Shown: piece after piece, positions 15,825-30,911 of the stretch
Layout: the number at the start of each line of letters is the position of its first letter
Numbering within the stretch: position 1 is the stretch's first letter
Origin: the human T2T-CHM13v2.0 reference genome, Homo sapiens
NCBI GenBank assembly: GCA_009914755.4
Contig: CP086569.2
Location: 23,552,001-23,616,000 of the forward strand
DNA: 64,000 nucleotides
Direction: 5' to 3'
The notes under the pieces: generated by a model
What the model was told of the DNA's origin: nothing
The model's database searches: none
Seen by the model: only the letters and a program-made list of their open reading frames with translations
Position numbers and translations under genes: made by a program

Positions 15825-16615
15825 AAGCTAAAAGCAGTCGCTGGGGGTATGTCTGCAGCTTCAGGAATATATCTGGAAACAGACACACAACCCTACCCCC
15901 TGAAACAGGAATTAAAAGAAATTAAAGAATGTGTAGGCAAAAACTCAGTTGTAGGTAAGATAACCCAATTCTCCCTGAGGAAGAGAAAGAGCTGAAGTCC
16001 TTCAAAATTTAACTGCCTGTTTTTCTGGTGGCTAGTGAGCCTTATCTCTCCCTTTCCCAGGCATTGTGAAGAACCTGTTTTTCTAGCTGTGCAGCTGCAA
16101 GGTCACAAGGCAGATAAACTCAAGGCATAAAACATGTTTTTCCTTGAAACGTAAGAAACGATGTCATGCATGTCTCAACTGAATAACTGCCTTTGTTTCT
16201 CACTTCTGTAATATGCTTCCCCCCTGCACAGATCTACCCCCACCCCACAAAATGCTTAAAAGGCAACTGGACTCTTTGTTTGGGGCTCTGTCCTTTTGGA
16301 TGTTAATCTGACTGGGTGGATGCACCTAAATAATAAGTATTCTCCTCAACCTCTCTGTCTCTCTGATTCCTAAATTATCCTGCTGCACTCACAGATAAGC
16401 ACAACAAAGAGACACAGAAGCAGTCCAAGCCTCTGACAAACTCTCCTGTCCTGAATCCTTAAAAAGTCTTAACCTATAAGAGAGTGTGGCTCAGACTCAA
16501 CTAGGCCAGAAGCCCCTATCAGGTTTGTTTTCTAAAACAAATCTCTCCTTATTGACTCTCAAGCTACCCTTTGTGTTTCTCTCCTCTTTCTTTAGTTCTT
16601 ACAATTATGGTCTTC
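15825..16615 (+). mobile_element. ERV LTR-like repeat, copy B (long form, about 790 bp)
   Basis: ctgggggtatgtctgcagcttcaggaatatatctggaaacagacacacaac at 15840-15890. agataagcacaacaaagagacacagaagcagtccaagcctctgaca ... tcaggtttgttttctaaaacaaatctc at 16395-16560. These two blocks match copy A at 7795-8086, and the about 490 bp between them is absent from copy A. The internal stretch contains aataataagtattctcc. Confidence 0.4.
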
Positions 16616-17565
16616 ACAGTATTGTCAAAAGTGTAAATAATTTAGGGACATAAAGAAATGTGCATGTCATGAAAACTCCTGGTAGATCCACATACTTCCA
16701 TTCATTAGACTATTTATCTAGTAGTTATTTATTAAGCACTGGTTATTCAGGCACTATACGTTAATAGTTCCAAGCATAAAATGGTGAATAAGGTAAGAAT
16801 AACCTTTGATCTCTGTGTTTTCTATACTATCAGAAAACAATGAACAAGCACATTAATGCATAAAATAATTTCAGATTTTCTTAAGCACTGTGAGAAAAGT
16901 AACCAAGGTGCTGTGTGAGAAATAATTTGCTTGAGAGAGTGGAAGGTCATCTCCTAAGTCCTTCAACCAGAAGCTTAGGAAATTCCTCTTTGGGGGTAAC
17001 TCTACAGTCTAGACCTAAAAGATGGGAAGAAACCGGGTGTGCAGATTCAGAAAAATAGAATTAGAAAAAAGACCCTAAAGGGAGGAGCATTGATTTAATA
17101 TGTCTTTTTAGGGTACAGTGAACCTGGGAGAAGCAGGTTGAGGTGACGTTGAAAGATAGAGGAGGAGGGGAAGCCAGACCCTTCAAGTTTGGGTAGGAAG
17201 TTTGTATTTTATTCTAAGTGAAAAGGAAACATTTTTTAATAGTTTCAAGAAATTTTTGACATAGCCCCACTTAGGTCTACATAAAACTAGGTATTGTATG
17301 AGAAAAAATATCTGTGGACTAGTAAACCAATATATTATTTGCCCTAGTTTCTACAAACACTAGTTTGTAGAAGCCTGAGCTTGTACTATGAAGATCCTAG
17401 CCTATCTGACACAAATTGTAGATAATTAACATTAGCCAAAGTGCAGAGAAGGCACAAAAAGGGAAGGGATTTTGGGTAGACAGAGAAGAAATTAAATGAA
17501 AATTTTTATGGACAAGTGAGGTCTGGGAAGAAGGAAACCACGGTGGAGAAGAAAGCAAAAAGTAG

Positions 17566-17872
17566 GCCAGGTGCAGTGGCTCATGCCTATAATCCCAACA
17601 TAATATGACGCTGAGGTGGGTAGAGCACCTAAGGTTGGGAGTTCGAGACCAGCCTGTCCAACATGGAGAAACCCCATATCTACTAAAAACACAAAATTAG
17701 CCAGGCTTTGCGGTGCATGCCTGTAATCCTAGATAACTCCAGAGACTGAGGCAGGAGAATCACTTGAACCCAGGAAGCAGAGGTTGCGGTGAGCCGAGAT
17801 TGCCCCATTGTACTCCAGCCTGGGCAACAAGAGCAAAACACACAAAAAGAAAGAAAAAGTAAAAAATAGTAA
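17566..17872 (+). mobile_element. Alu (plus orientation)
   Basis: ggccaggtgcagtggctcatgcctataatcccaac ... cctgggcaacaagagcaaaacacacaaaaagaaagaaaaag. Confidence 0.9.
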
Positions 17873-20800
17873 AACATAAGGAGCATAGGTTTTTCCTGCT
17901 CTTCTGAAATCCCAGAGTCAGAGGTGTGGAGTTAAAGGGAAATTTTGCCCACTTGTGATTTGATCTCTGAAAAAGAACTTCACTATGTCGTGTTTGTGGC
18001 AACATAGGTCACCTATGGCACAGAAAAAGTAAAATGAAGATACGGCATTGTTAAGGAGAGAGCGAATGCTGAGAGAAGTTTCAGAGATGCCCTTATGTAG
18101 GGGGCCAAGGATAGGACTCTGATGTGCCCCCGTGTCTCCTGGAAGAGATGGAAGATAACTCAGCACAGTGCTAGGAGGCATTCGCGGGGCTACACTGACA
18201 AGAGATAAGGTAGTCATGGTGCTAAAGCCATCACATAAACAGTCTCATTGGGCATCTAATAGAGGGTTTATTTATTTATTTACTTTCAAATTTTTGAAAA
18301 TAGAAGAGCACAACTAACTCCTGAATTATCCAATACAACAAGTCACAAATTTATGCTGTTACTCAGAATAGAGCACGAGAATCTCAGAATGATCCAGAAA
18401 TCCTACAGTGAAGATCTGGGTGAAACCAGGGACCCAAAGGTCACGCCAGGAGTCCCCATCTCTTTTCCATTTTGCAAGGGCAAGTGTTCCACTTGTGCCC
18501 CTCCTCACATTCTCATTTGGTACTTTGGGACTTATAAGTGGCACCCTGTAAAACAAAGCTCTTACCTGAAAAAAAAATTACACAATAGTGTTAGATACTA
18601 TTAATTAGCCACTTAAAACCACCACCACAAATTAGTCAGGGTCAGGGCTTGTAAGGAAGATTAGGTTGATAAGACACAACCAAAAACTTTCAAGTACTGC
18701 TACATCACAGTTGTTCTATGTGTAAATTTGTAGCACTACCACAACACTTAGATTTAATGTCCTTCCATCTATTTCAGTTCATTCACCCTTCATATGTAAT
18801 TGGTATGATTTTAAAAATAAATACTTAAGATATGTGTACTGCTTTCAATAAAGGAATCTAAAATGAAATGTATTCTGATCCAGAGTAAAAAATTTTATGT
18901 TTTGTGGCTGATGCTGTCTCTGCTGCCAACTGGCTCTGTAACCTCTGCCAAGTCATTTAATATCTCTGGGCATCCATTTTCTCCAGAAAATGAGGAGACT
19001 CGACTAAATTATTGCTGAGGTCTATTTTGATTTCTGAAGTCTTTCATTCATGGGAGTGCTAAAATAAGGACTGCTGAAACAATCATTATTAGATTGGCAT
19101 TAATCATGAAACAATGTTAATATGTGTACAACCGTTTAGTGAGTCCAGGCCACTTGCCTGGCACAAAGTCAGTCATTTTATATAGGTGATTTCTAATCAT
19201 CTAAACAACCTCATGAGAAAGTAGAAATTCAGAGAGTTTTTAATTTGCTGCATGCTACCTAGTTGGTAACTGGCATAGCCAGACTTCTAACCCATGTTTT
19301 TGTTTCTGAAGTTTCTAAATTATATATGATAATACTTATTTTCCATCTTTTTACATTGTTTTATTTGAAGATAACAGCTTCCAAGCATGTGAGAATCTTA
19401 TGCGTCATTCAAGCTCCCCATTCTCTCTGAAGCTATTTTTATAGCATTGAGGTAAAGCAATCTATGTCCTGAACTCAAGAAGAACTCACTTAGATCATTC
19501 ATTTAGCACTTATTTTCAAAGCTAACACATTTTTCTAATCTCTTGTAACTATCGCCTGTTTCTTTCCAACAAAACTACAAATGCTCTGAAGGAATGTCAA
19601 GAAAGGCTTGGGAGGGGTGTGGTATCAATAGGGCTGGAACTCAAGCGAAGAGAGTAAGGTGCCTGCTGTCAAAACTTCAGGAGGTCTCACTATCAGGACC
19701 TCACCAGTGCTGGGTCAGCTCAGCTCGTTCCTGGCCCTAGACAGCCCATAGCAGCTGGTGGATGGCTAGCTCACTGAGAAAGTCTGAATGAAGTTCAGCA
19801 ACCTTAGTTCTTGGCTGTGACGCCCACTCCTTTGGCTGCCCAGAGAGACCCTATGTAGTGCCTGGAAAATCAACCTGGTGAAAATAAAGCTGAAGTCCAG
19901 AAGGCAGAGTAGAGGAAAGCCAATGGAAATGCCTATCTTGGTACTATATTATTATAGTATAATGCGTCACCAAAGATCGGAAACAAAAACTCATTCAGTC
20001 ATTCCCTGGAGCTAAAAGCCCCGGTAATATAATGCTGTAAATAGAAAGATTTTTGAAGAAACTCCTTTAGATTGTTTCAGCCCTTGATCTATGTGGGTTA
20101 GTGCCATAGCAAAACATCACACAGTTGGTGACACTTGGTAACATTATCAAAAAAACAGAAATTTATTGTTTCAAAGTTCTGGAAGCTGGAAGTCCAAGTC
20201 AAGATATCATCAGCTTTGATTTTTTTCTGAGACCTCTGTCTTTGGCTTGCAAATGGCTGACCACCCTTTGTGTGTTTACATGGTCTTATCTCTGTGCTCA
20301 TGCATTCCTGATGTACCCTTGTGTGTCAGAATGTCCTCCTTTTATAAGGACACCAGTGAGATTGGAATAAGGCCATATCCAACTGCTTTAGTTTAACATA
20401 ATTACCTTTTTAAAGCCCCTATCACCAAATACAGTAACATTCTGATGTAACGGTGTTAGGACTTTAATACCAATGGGTGGAGGGCTTGGGAATTCAGCCC
20501 ATAATACCATGAGTCTGGAAAATTGTAAGCTGTCACATAGGCAGATACAGCTATAATGACCAGCAGAATACCATGCATGTTAATAAATAAGTATTGTTTA
20601 TTTATGCTTCAAGATTCAACTCTGACAACATCTAGATAAGCAATACATTTTTGTTGATTCCATATGATTCATTTAATGAATGAATAAATTTGTTTACTAT
20701 CATCAGTGGTCACCTTCATACCCTATATGAATAGCAAAAATTAAGGGTTAGAGATGTGTCTGAGATACAAGATATTAATTAACCCCATCTTTCTTATTTA

Positions 20801-21682
20801 AAAATTAGTATTTTAATTAAGCAATTGAACTTAAGCAATGTTACAAGTTAAGCAGATAAATCTTATTTAGCCAGATCTCTCCTTAGTAAATAAGTAGAAC
20901 TGAATATTTTCCCTCACTTTTTCTCCTCTATTAGCTTTAATCAGACCTAATTCATATACTTAAACATGGATTGGATATTTATTACTATTAATTCCTACAC
21001 TGACACTAGAGTCAATTTTGGACTGACCCTCTGCTTTCAGATTATCATAAAATACAATATATTGTATTCAGTTCAGATGCTGAAAAAGTTTCTGCATTAT
21101 AAATATTTATTTTAAGTATTTATTGCTACCGTTATGCTAATAATGGATATTTTTAATGTTTATTCATTGTAATTTTAGCATTATGCATATTCTCATCAAC
21201 CTGAATATCTGGGCCTTTCCCCTTTGCTCCTGTGCTCCAAGATCCCCTGTCTCCCTTTGTTCACATAGCAACAGAAGGAAATAGAAGAAGAGAGACAACA
21301 AAGTTCGTAGATTTTCTTGCTTTACACATTATGACCTTTTATTTTTTTATTTTTTATTTTTGCCTGGATTCTGTCTAATCAGATGTTATTTTTCCATTTG
21401 GCTCTAAAAATAAAATTGCCCATCACTCATCAATTACAACTAACAAAAATTATTGAATTGTTTTAACATGAAATTCAAATTGCATACTATACCCTTAGCT
21501 GCAGGCCAGCAACATGTGAGGTCAAACGGTGTAAGCCAAGGTGTTCAGATTTTTTTTTTTTTGGAATATTATGTATTCTTACATATTAAATTTATCTTTA
21601 CATTATCTGTTTACTTGAAATATTTGAGTAACATTATCAAATATGATTAAATAAGTATATTATTATATCAAAAGTAATTTCT

Positions 21683-22000
21683 TTTTCTTTTTTTTTTTTT
21701 TTTTTTTGAGATGGAGTCTTGCTCTGTCACCCAGGCTGGAGTGCAGTGGCGCTATCTTGTCTCACTGCAAGCTCTGTCTCCCAGGTTCCACCATTCTCCT
21801 GTCTCAGCCTCCCGAGCAGCTGGGACTACGGGTGCCCACCACCATGCCTGGCTAATATTTTTGCATTTTTAGTAGAGATGTGTTTTTAGTAGAGGCTTTC
21901 ATGGTGTTACCAGGCTGGTCTCGATCTCCTGACCTTGTGATCTGCCCGCCTCAGCCTCCCAAAGTGCTGGGATTACAGGCAAGAGCCACCACACCGGGAC
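21683..22000 (-). mobile_element. Alu (minus orientation)
   Basis: Poly-T(21) + gagatggagtcttgctctgtcacccaggctggagtgcagtggcgc ... caagagccaccacaccgggac. Confidence 0.9.
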
Positions 22001-22928
22001 TTACATCAAATGTAATTTCTTGCTGAGTTTTTGTAATATTAATTTCTAGTATCACTTAGCAAAGAGGGCTTGTGTCAAGTTTAAAAGGCCACAAAAGATG
22101 TAGTAGACTTGAATAGCATTGATCTAATCACTCATTTTACAGATGAAGAAACTAAAGGCCATATAGAAAAGGCAAAGTTGTAAACAGAGGAATTATTTTG
22201 AAGGAACTATCATTTTTAGGTTCAGAAGTTGAGAAATGTGTTCTGAACAGGACCTATGAAAACAAGTAGGTGTAATGGAAGGTAAACATGCATAAACCAA
22301 AAATATTAATAACTAATTAAATAACGGTGAGTATTGGGGGACCAGTAGCAGAGTTTGAAGCAAATATGAATTTCAGTTCTGTGTATTAGAAGATGAGGAG
22401 TCAGTTGAAAAATGGCATAAAGTTGAATGTGACAATTACATAGTTTGTGATAATGCTTGTTGGCAAAATGAACTGATGATGAAAGCACGGAGCTAAAAAC
22501 ACCTGTGAGGAAATAAAAACCAAAAATAATTTTTGATCCATTTGTAAACTTACTTGGCTTTAGAGGAAGACTACAGTAATGCAAATGAAGAGAATAAAGT
22601 GAGTCCATAGAATGTGGTAAAGAAAAATACAGCAGGATAGTGTCATATATTTATATAAATGATTCAAATTCTAATAATAGATTCTTGACCCTAAAATTAA
22701 TCAGGCTGAATTTTTTAACAATAATAAAATATTATATATAAAGTTGGAAAACCATTATCAAAAGTGACAAAGAGCTTTAAGGTATAAAACATCTGCAATT
22801 TGGAATTTTTTGTGGGTGTAACACAAATATTACACTAAGTAAACTCCATATTCATACGTCCTTAAAAATTATTGCACAGAGTGTTGTAAAATTAATAAAA
22901 CATGTTGGCCTGAAGCAACAAACAACAG

Positions 22929-23244
22929 GGCCTGGCAGGGTGGCTCACGCCTGTAATCCCAGCACTTTGGGAGGCCGAGGTGGGCGGATCAAGAGTTCTG
23001 TAGACCAAGACCATCCTGGCTAACGCGGTGAAACCCCGTCTCTACTAAAAATACAAAAAATTTGCAGGGCATGGTGGCCGGTGCCTGTAGTCCCAGCTAC
23101 TCGGGGAGGCTGTGGCAGGACAGTGGCGCGAACTCGGGAGGCGGAGCTTGCAGTGAGCCGAGGTGGAGCCACTGCTCTCCAGCCTGGGCGACAGAGCGAG
23201 ACTCCGTCTCAAAACAAAACAAAAGAAACAAACAACAACAAAAC
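22929..23244 (+). mobile_element. Alu (plus orientation)
   Basis: ggcctggcagggtggctcacgcctgtaatcccagcactttgggaggccgaggtgggcggatc ... gactccgtctcaaaacaaaacaaaagaaacaaacaacaacaaaa. Confidence 0.9.
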
Positions 23245-24239
23245 TCATGTGTGTTTAAGAGGCCACGTGAAAAGACTTTCAACTTTTGTACTTTTTCTAG
23301 ATAGCCTGTCTGCTAGAGGGTTCTATGTTTTAGAACTGAGAGCTGGTCTGCATGTCAGCACATACTTGTAGTGCTGAAGTCTGTGAGAGTGGAGCAACAT
23401 CTCTTTGCTTTCACGTATCCTTTGTAGCAAAATCGTTTGCCAACATAGAGAAACTCCCTTGTTTTCTTCTCAGTGGTGTTTCTGGTAAGAAAGAAGCTTA
23501 GTGTTTCCCAGTATGCATTTGCACGTTGTTTGGATGCTAAGCACTCCACCTCAGAGAACGTTGAGATAGCGGGGAAGCTCAGAATCCAGTCATTTGAAGT
23601 AGGAAAACAACTCTGATGTACTGCCCCTTTTATTTTTGTTTTCCTTAATGGATGAGGCCCCTAAGGTATTTTCAGCTCCAGAAGTGTGAATAGCAAAGCA
23701 AAGCTACAACATTAGCAGGACTAAGGATATGCCTAATCTAAGAACCATCTTAATTGTGGTTAGGGAGATAATTTCTTTGGAATTATTTACTTAGGTAAAC
23801 TACCAAATCTCATGACTGCTTCCAGGTCCTGAGATTTGGTGGTTTACCTGAGTAATACATTTGTTACCTTGCTACCTCATCTTTCTTTATTTTAGTAGAA
23901 GCTTTGGTTTGTAGGAATTAGTGTCAACATTCTAATAATTATTTGGTAATAACCCTGTAGTTGGTTGAATTCTCTAAAAAAACAAAAAAAAAAAAACAAA
24001 AAACTATGTTGAAATAACCCTGAGGACCTGTGACTATAACCTTATTTGGAAATATAAACTTTTCAAATATAATCAAGTTAAGGTAAGTCACATTACATTA
24101 TGGTATACCCTAAATTCAATGTCTTATATTGTTATAAGGATAGAGAGTTTTAGAGACACAGAGACACAGAGGGAAGACAGCCATGTGAAGACAGAGGTAG
24201 ATGCTGAAGCGGTATAGCTACAAGCTGATGAATGCCAAG

Positions 24240-24335
24240 GATATATTATGCCAATACATATATGCCAATACATATACTATGTATATGTATAATATACATA
24301 ATATACATCATGTATATTATACATATGCACACATA
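24240..24335. repeat. TA/CA-rich low-complexity repeat (ATACATAT-like units)
   Basis: atatattatgccaatacatatatgccaatacatatactatgtatatgtataatatacataatatacatcatgtatattatacatatgcacacat. Confidence 0.8.
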
Positions 24336-24957
24336 AACCCCTTTGAATAAATAGTATTACGCTTCCCTTTCCCTTTGTCCTAGCTTGAGTTGCCCAGAAA
24401 ACAAGTCTGAGGTTTGTTTAGTGGGGTATATGCGATACAGGACAAGCAACACATGGAAGGAAGGAGATTTACTATAACATTTTATCAAGTAGGCCAGTTT
24501 GAAAGGGAATTTGGGCAATTCTAGAGTTAATACTTTATGGCAAATAAACTCCTCTGTATGCACAACAACCTCAATTAATAACCTTCAACCTTTGTGCCTG
24601 AAATAACACAGGTTCTCCATAGAGGTCACTACTTCTCTTGCAGCCCACCCAAGGAGAGGCCACTTATTCCCTCACACTCCATATACTGCAAGGCCTGAGC
24701 GAGGTCACAGATTCTTCTTCGTCCCTTTCTAATATCATATCAAGTACACTTTCCTAAATTTATGACCCACTCCCTTTATTCTCACAATCTTCCTGTCCAT
24801 TCCAATTCCTGTCAATGATTACAGTGAGTTTAACATTCACACAAAGGCCCACCAAATCATACCAGTTCCTGAAGTTCCTAGTTTCCAAAGACCTTCTCTT
24901 ACACTTTAGTTCAGCCATCATCTTTCACTGTTTTCTCTTAACTATGTTGTTTCCTGA

Positions 24958-25243
24958 TATAGGTTCTCACGCTGTTGTCCAGGCTGGAGTGCAGTGGCAT
25001 GATTATAGCTCCCTGCAGTCCTGAAATCCTGGGCTCAAGTGGTCCTCCCATCTCAGCCTCCCAAGTGGCTGGAAAAACAGATGCATGCTACCATGCCAAA
25101 TGAAATTTTTATTTACGTACTTGTTGTAGAGATGGGTCTTGCTATGTTGCCCAAGCTACTCTCAGACTCCTGGCCTCAAGCAATCTTCCTGCCCTGACCT
25201 CTCAAAGTGCTGGAATTACAGGAATAAGCCACCATGCATGGTC
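24958..25243 (-). mobile_element. Alu, older/diverged (AluJ-like), minus orientation
   Basis: ctcacgctgttgtccaggctggagtgcagtggcatgattatagctccctgcag ... ctcaaagtgctggaattacaggaataagccaccatgcatggtcc. No clean poly-T. Confidence 0.8.
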
Positions 25244-27467
25244 CCCTTAATGATTCATTTTACTAATATTTTAAAGTACCTTGCCTATACATCTCACCTG
25301 TGGAAGCCCAAATGTGGAACACCTCACCCATCCCCTGTCCAAGCTGTTTCCTAGACAGCTGGCTGTCATGTTTGAGCTGCATTATGAGCACACTCATGTG
25401 TCAATACGGTAGAGACCACCTTTAGCTAATAGCCAGTTAGGAACTCAAGTCCTTAGCGCAGCAGCCCATGAAGAACTAAATCCTGCCAACAGCCAGGTGA
25501 ACGAGCTTGGAAGCACATCTTTCCCCACATGTGTTTTAAAATGACTGAAATCCTGGCTAACACCTTGACTGCAGTTTCGTGAGAAGCCTTGAGCCAGACA
25601 TACCCTGATAACTATGCCCAGTTTCCAGACCCACAGAAACTGTGAAGTAATTAATGGTGTTTTTTGAAGCCACTAAGTTTTGCTATAATTTGTTACTCAG
25701 TGATAGATCAACAAATAAACTAGCTATGCCCCCTTACCAAAGTCATCTCTTCTTCTGGCAGCTAAAGTGCATGCTAAGAAATTAATGTTATGTGATTAGG
25801 TAATTGGTAACTGGGAAGCAAGATTAAAATCTCTAAAAAAGTAGTCATAACAAAACAGAGAGAGATCGAGTAGCTGAAGGGAAGTCACATATACGCCATA
25901 ACACACTCTGTAAATGCATCTGAATTTCTGCTTTCCCCACAAAGGTATCGTTGGTGCCATGCCTACTTAAGGTTAGTTCTTAAGGACATGGTGTTCTAGT
26001 CAAAGAGTACATGAAGGATGTGGTGTTCTAGTCAAATAGTACACTACGGATAGAGTTACTCTGATGCATTCTTTGAGCTCTTTCTGCATTATCTAAACAA
26101 TTTGGTGACACTTATTTCTTTGTATTCCCATCTTTCCCTTGCTCATTTTAATTTAATAACACTTTCATTTCATCCTTTTACTCTCACCAATAGGAGGTAT
26201 CATATCTCAAATACTTCATTGCCACATTTTTAATTTCTGCTATTGCTTTCGAGTACTATGATAATGATACTAACAAAGAACAATTGAAGGGCCCAACCTT
26301 CTGCAGTTAAGAGCTGTTCAGGAACAGGTCACTATCATAATCCTCTGTTCTTCCATGGCCAAAGTCCGTTGTTTCCGTTTAGATAATTTAGATACTTTGA
26401 TTTTTCTCTTCTAACTTTTTCCTAGGATTGGCTCGCACTGTATTTTGAGGGCTTCTGTGTGGAATCTCTCTCTTACATTGTATAGTTAAACCACATTATA
26501 TACCAGTCTACTGGTCTTATAGCCTAGGTATGGGATAGATATGCATGGCATGAGTTCAGTCAGTGACATCCATAAAACATTGGTATAGTGTAGGTATTAA
26601 CGCATAAATGAATTACTTTGTCTCATAGTGTCTCAGTTTACTGGTATATCAAATGGTGCTGATAATCATTTAGACTTCATACAGAGATTGGGATGATGAA
26701 ATGAGTTAAAAAACTTAGGCCACTTAGAACATTGACTGGCACACAGAAAGGCAAGCGCGTTTGCTACATGTACTAACTATAAACCTTCTAAAAATAGGAA
26801 TATTACATTTCATAAACAATTTCCAGATTTCTACATATGTTATCTCACCTGATTATGATAAAAAATCATTGGGTAAGAAATGGCACAGGTTATTTTAGTC
26901 GTTTTACAAACGACGAAACAAAGGTTGAAAAATAAGTAACAACCAGCATCAACTCTCCTAAGTATCAGGGCTAAATTGTGAATCTAGATTTTTTTCTGAA
27001 AACTTTTCTGAAGCTTCTTCTGCCTGTTTCAGAGGAGTCTAGAGGTATGAACCTATGAGATTATTGATGGGGACTCAATGGATTTTGATTTCTGCGCCCT
27101 TCACCAGAACAGAGTCAGCAGTGTTTCCACTGTAGGACATGGGTGGGGTGGGGTGTGTGTGCATGTGTGAGTTCACGAGGGAAATTCAACAGAGTGTTAA
27201 AGTGAGTATGTGTGAATTGAGAAAAAATTGCCATAAGATTTGGAATCCCCTTTAGGCAATCATCATACTGTAGTTTGTCAAGCTTGGAATGATGTACTTC
27301 CATATCTTAGTGGTAGTTGTGTAGGGATGTTTTTTCCAGTATCAAACAGTAACTTAGTAATTTATGGACAGTATTCAAGAATGTTGAAATCAAGATGCTC
27401 AGGACAGCACTTCTCAGCCTTTTTTGAAAGTGTAGTGTTATTTTATTAAGAGAAAGAAAATGTGTAA

Positions 27468-27882
<415 letters not shown>

Positions 27883-27889
27883 TCTGATT

Positions 27890-28035
27890 TTAACATAAGC
27901 TAACACGTTGCACATTTTGTACAATGCAATAACACAATTTTGTACAATGCATTTTCTACAGTGCATGTTGTACAACACAATAACACATTTTCCTTTTGTC
28001 TGATTGCATTGTACAAAAATGCAGTAACACAAAAG
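27890..28035. repeat. Cluster of short direct and inverted repeats of TTGTACAATGCA / (A)ATAACACA
   Basis: ttgtacaatgcaataacacaattttgtacaatgcattttctacagtgcatgttgtacaacacaataacacatt...gattgcattgtacaaaaatgcagtaacacaaaag. TGCATTGTACAA is the reverse complement of TTGTACAATGCA. Confidence 0.7.
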
Positions 28036-30880
28036 AAAGTATTCATACCAATGGAAGTGAGTAAGCCATGTGTTATTCAGTCTATCTGGGGTGTTAACTC
28101 TCTTTGTTGTCACTCTCACTGAGTGAAACATTGCCAAGAGAAATATATATAACTGTTATAAAATATCAGAAAATTACAATTTTTAATATCCAAAGAACTG
28201 TTTTTAATGTCTGAATTTCATATCTTTTTTACTTTCTTTTTTTTTTAATGGAAACACACTGTCAGCAGAGAGCTATCAGGTCCTACTGTTTTATCTGTAG
28301 GACTGGTGAAAGCTCCACCTGTTTAATTCAGGCTTGTGAGAGATTTTTTTTCCTTTGGAAGTGGTGGCTGTTGCCAAAATAAGAAGAAATACCATGCCCT
28401 CTGAGAGTACAGAGCAGCTGGTGTAGTTGTCCTGATATTTATGGGATATAATATAATAAACGCACATTTGCAACTGGTTGGGGAAATAACGTAATGCTTC
28501 TTACATTTATCTTTATAATCTACTTTCCTAGCAAGTACTATCCTGCCGTTCATAATATATTTAGCAAATACAGATGAAAGAAGAAGAAAAAGAAAAAACT
28601 CTGTTACTATCTGTTACCACAGGGGCTAAGAGAATGGAATGCATGTCCTAGTTAGTTAAACTATTCTTTTTATCAAATGGAAAATAAATACACAGAGAAA
28701 TTTTTTCAATTTTTTTTTTCTTTGAATAATGGAAGACATTTTCATAAGAATTAGCTGGGGTTGGGGTATGTCTGGAAAGCAGGCAACACAAAGTTTCTAT
28801 CTGGGAGAAAACTAACATTATTGTCAAAAAAAAATCACCTGTAATATGATCCAAATTTGTCAAGTCAGGGGTGTTACAGAAAGGAATTTGCTACCAGAAA
28901 TTTGCAGTAGATGGTATTTCCACTATTCCAAACTATTTATTTTTGATGACATCCTCCTTTGTTTGAGCAGAAGTTTTATAGCGTGTATTTAGTGAAGAGC
29001 TACAGAACCTTAATAAAATAAGTAAAGCATCAGCATGGCAAAACTAGGGTCATTATGGGGACTTTAAAAATACTGTCCTACAGAAATCAGGCCTCAGGCA
29101 GTTTATGCAAGTAACAGAAATTATTCCTTAGTGTTGGGTTGTCTGCTATTTTATACTCTCCCATTTCCCATTATTTCTTATCATTTTTCCTGAAATGTCA
29201 TGGGGTCTATTGTCCACCCTCTCAATGAACACCAACATTGTGACTCTCATAGGGTAGTCGCACCTGCTTTATTCATTTATTAAATGATTAATTCAGGAGA
29301 TGCAAGCATGGCCCACAGATTTGGGAAGACACTGGAAATATAAAGATGTCCAGTCGACATAGCAGAGTGAACTTCTCCTCCAAACACACAGGAATGCTGT
29401 GTAAATGAAAACTATTAAATATAAAGGTGGAACTCAAAAAAAATCACATGCGGGATATGAAGCAGGATCACAAAGCTCATGCAGTAAGCTAGAGCTGAAG
29501 CCAAGGTGGGCTTACTGTTTTCCAGCACAGATTTTCATTTTGCAGGGTGAGATCATGAGTTCTGATTCTCAACTAATGGTGCAAGATGAGGTTCTCATGT
29601 CTTGAAAGGCACAAAACCTCCATATAAACTCAGAAACTATGAGACATGATCTGATTTTTCTCCTGGAGAATGGTTGGCAGCGTTCCTTCTGCATATCACT
29701 CCGGGGTGGTGGGGAAGAGAGTGGCCTATCAGCAATTGGAACACAAGCCTACCCACATGCAACTCCATTAGAATTTTTACTTTATAGATGGGCATCTACT
29801 GTATTGACAGTAAATTTTGCCTCCTCTCAGAGGTAAAATGGAAATGCATGTGTGTACTAGCATCCAAAACGCAGGGTGCTCCCAGGAAAGACAATGCCTA
29901 CTAGAAATAATCATAGCATCAGAAATCACTGAAAGTTACCGTAATGAAGTAAACATCCATGCAAGAGTCAATAGATGCACTAAAGATAAGGTAACTTGAA
30001 TTCATTCATAATATAGATAATGTGTTATCAAATATTAAATAACATTATCAAATAATGTTTTAATTTTTGTACCAATATTTTAATCTTCTCTCAATTTTCT
30101 ATTTAAAAATATATAGACTCTTAATTCTCATTCATAAACATGTCTATCCCATGGATTGCATTCGACTTCACTTACAGAAATGGTGTCAAATTCTGGAATT
30201 TTATGAAAGGTTTATACTTGCTGGCTTACTCATTCCCTCAACAAATATTTATTGAGAGTTATGCTGTATCAAGCACTGTGCAACATGCTAAAGATACAGC
30301 ATTTAAAAAGCCAACTTTTTAATGTGGCTAAAGAGGTAAGTGGAGCCTATGAGGAGGCAAGGAGGCAGGTCAACAGGTAGTGATCATTCAGCAAGGTATA
30401 TTAATGCCATAAACAAACAACACAGTACACAATGGTCTTGTGTTAACCTCACCTATACAAACTGAGAGAGGCATTGAGCTTATCCTGGTCAAATTTTTTA
30501 ATTTAATGTGTTAAAAAAATCTTATAGCATAAACATAAATTAAGAATTTTCCTGAATAGAAGTCACTGGTCAAATTGGCCACACATGTCTCTTCTATAAA
30601 CAAAACTCCAGAATATATGGCAATGTCTAAAGAATTCTTGGTAAAAAGAATTCATATGGCATGACCAAAAATTTCATACACGTAAATTTTCAAACTCATG
30701 GAAAATTAGTAGAAAGACAACTTTACATATACCAGAGCTCGGAAAGTGTATCCCATGCTACCCTGTGAAAAAAAAGTTAATATAAAAGCACATTGCAGTT
30801 GAAACAGAGTTTAACTAAAATAATGAATAAAAAGATTGGGTTATAAAAAGATGTGATTCAAAAGAATAGTTCACAAACAA

Positions 30881-30905
30881 AACACACACACACACACACA
30901 CACAC
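30881..30905. repeat. (AC)n microsatellite
   Basis: acacacacacacacacacacacac, read directly. Confidence 0.95.
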
Positions 30906-30911
30906 TGCACA

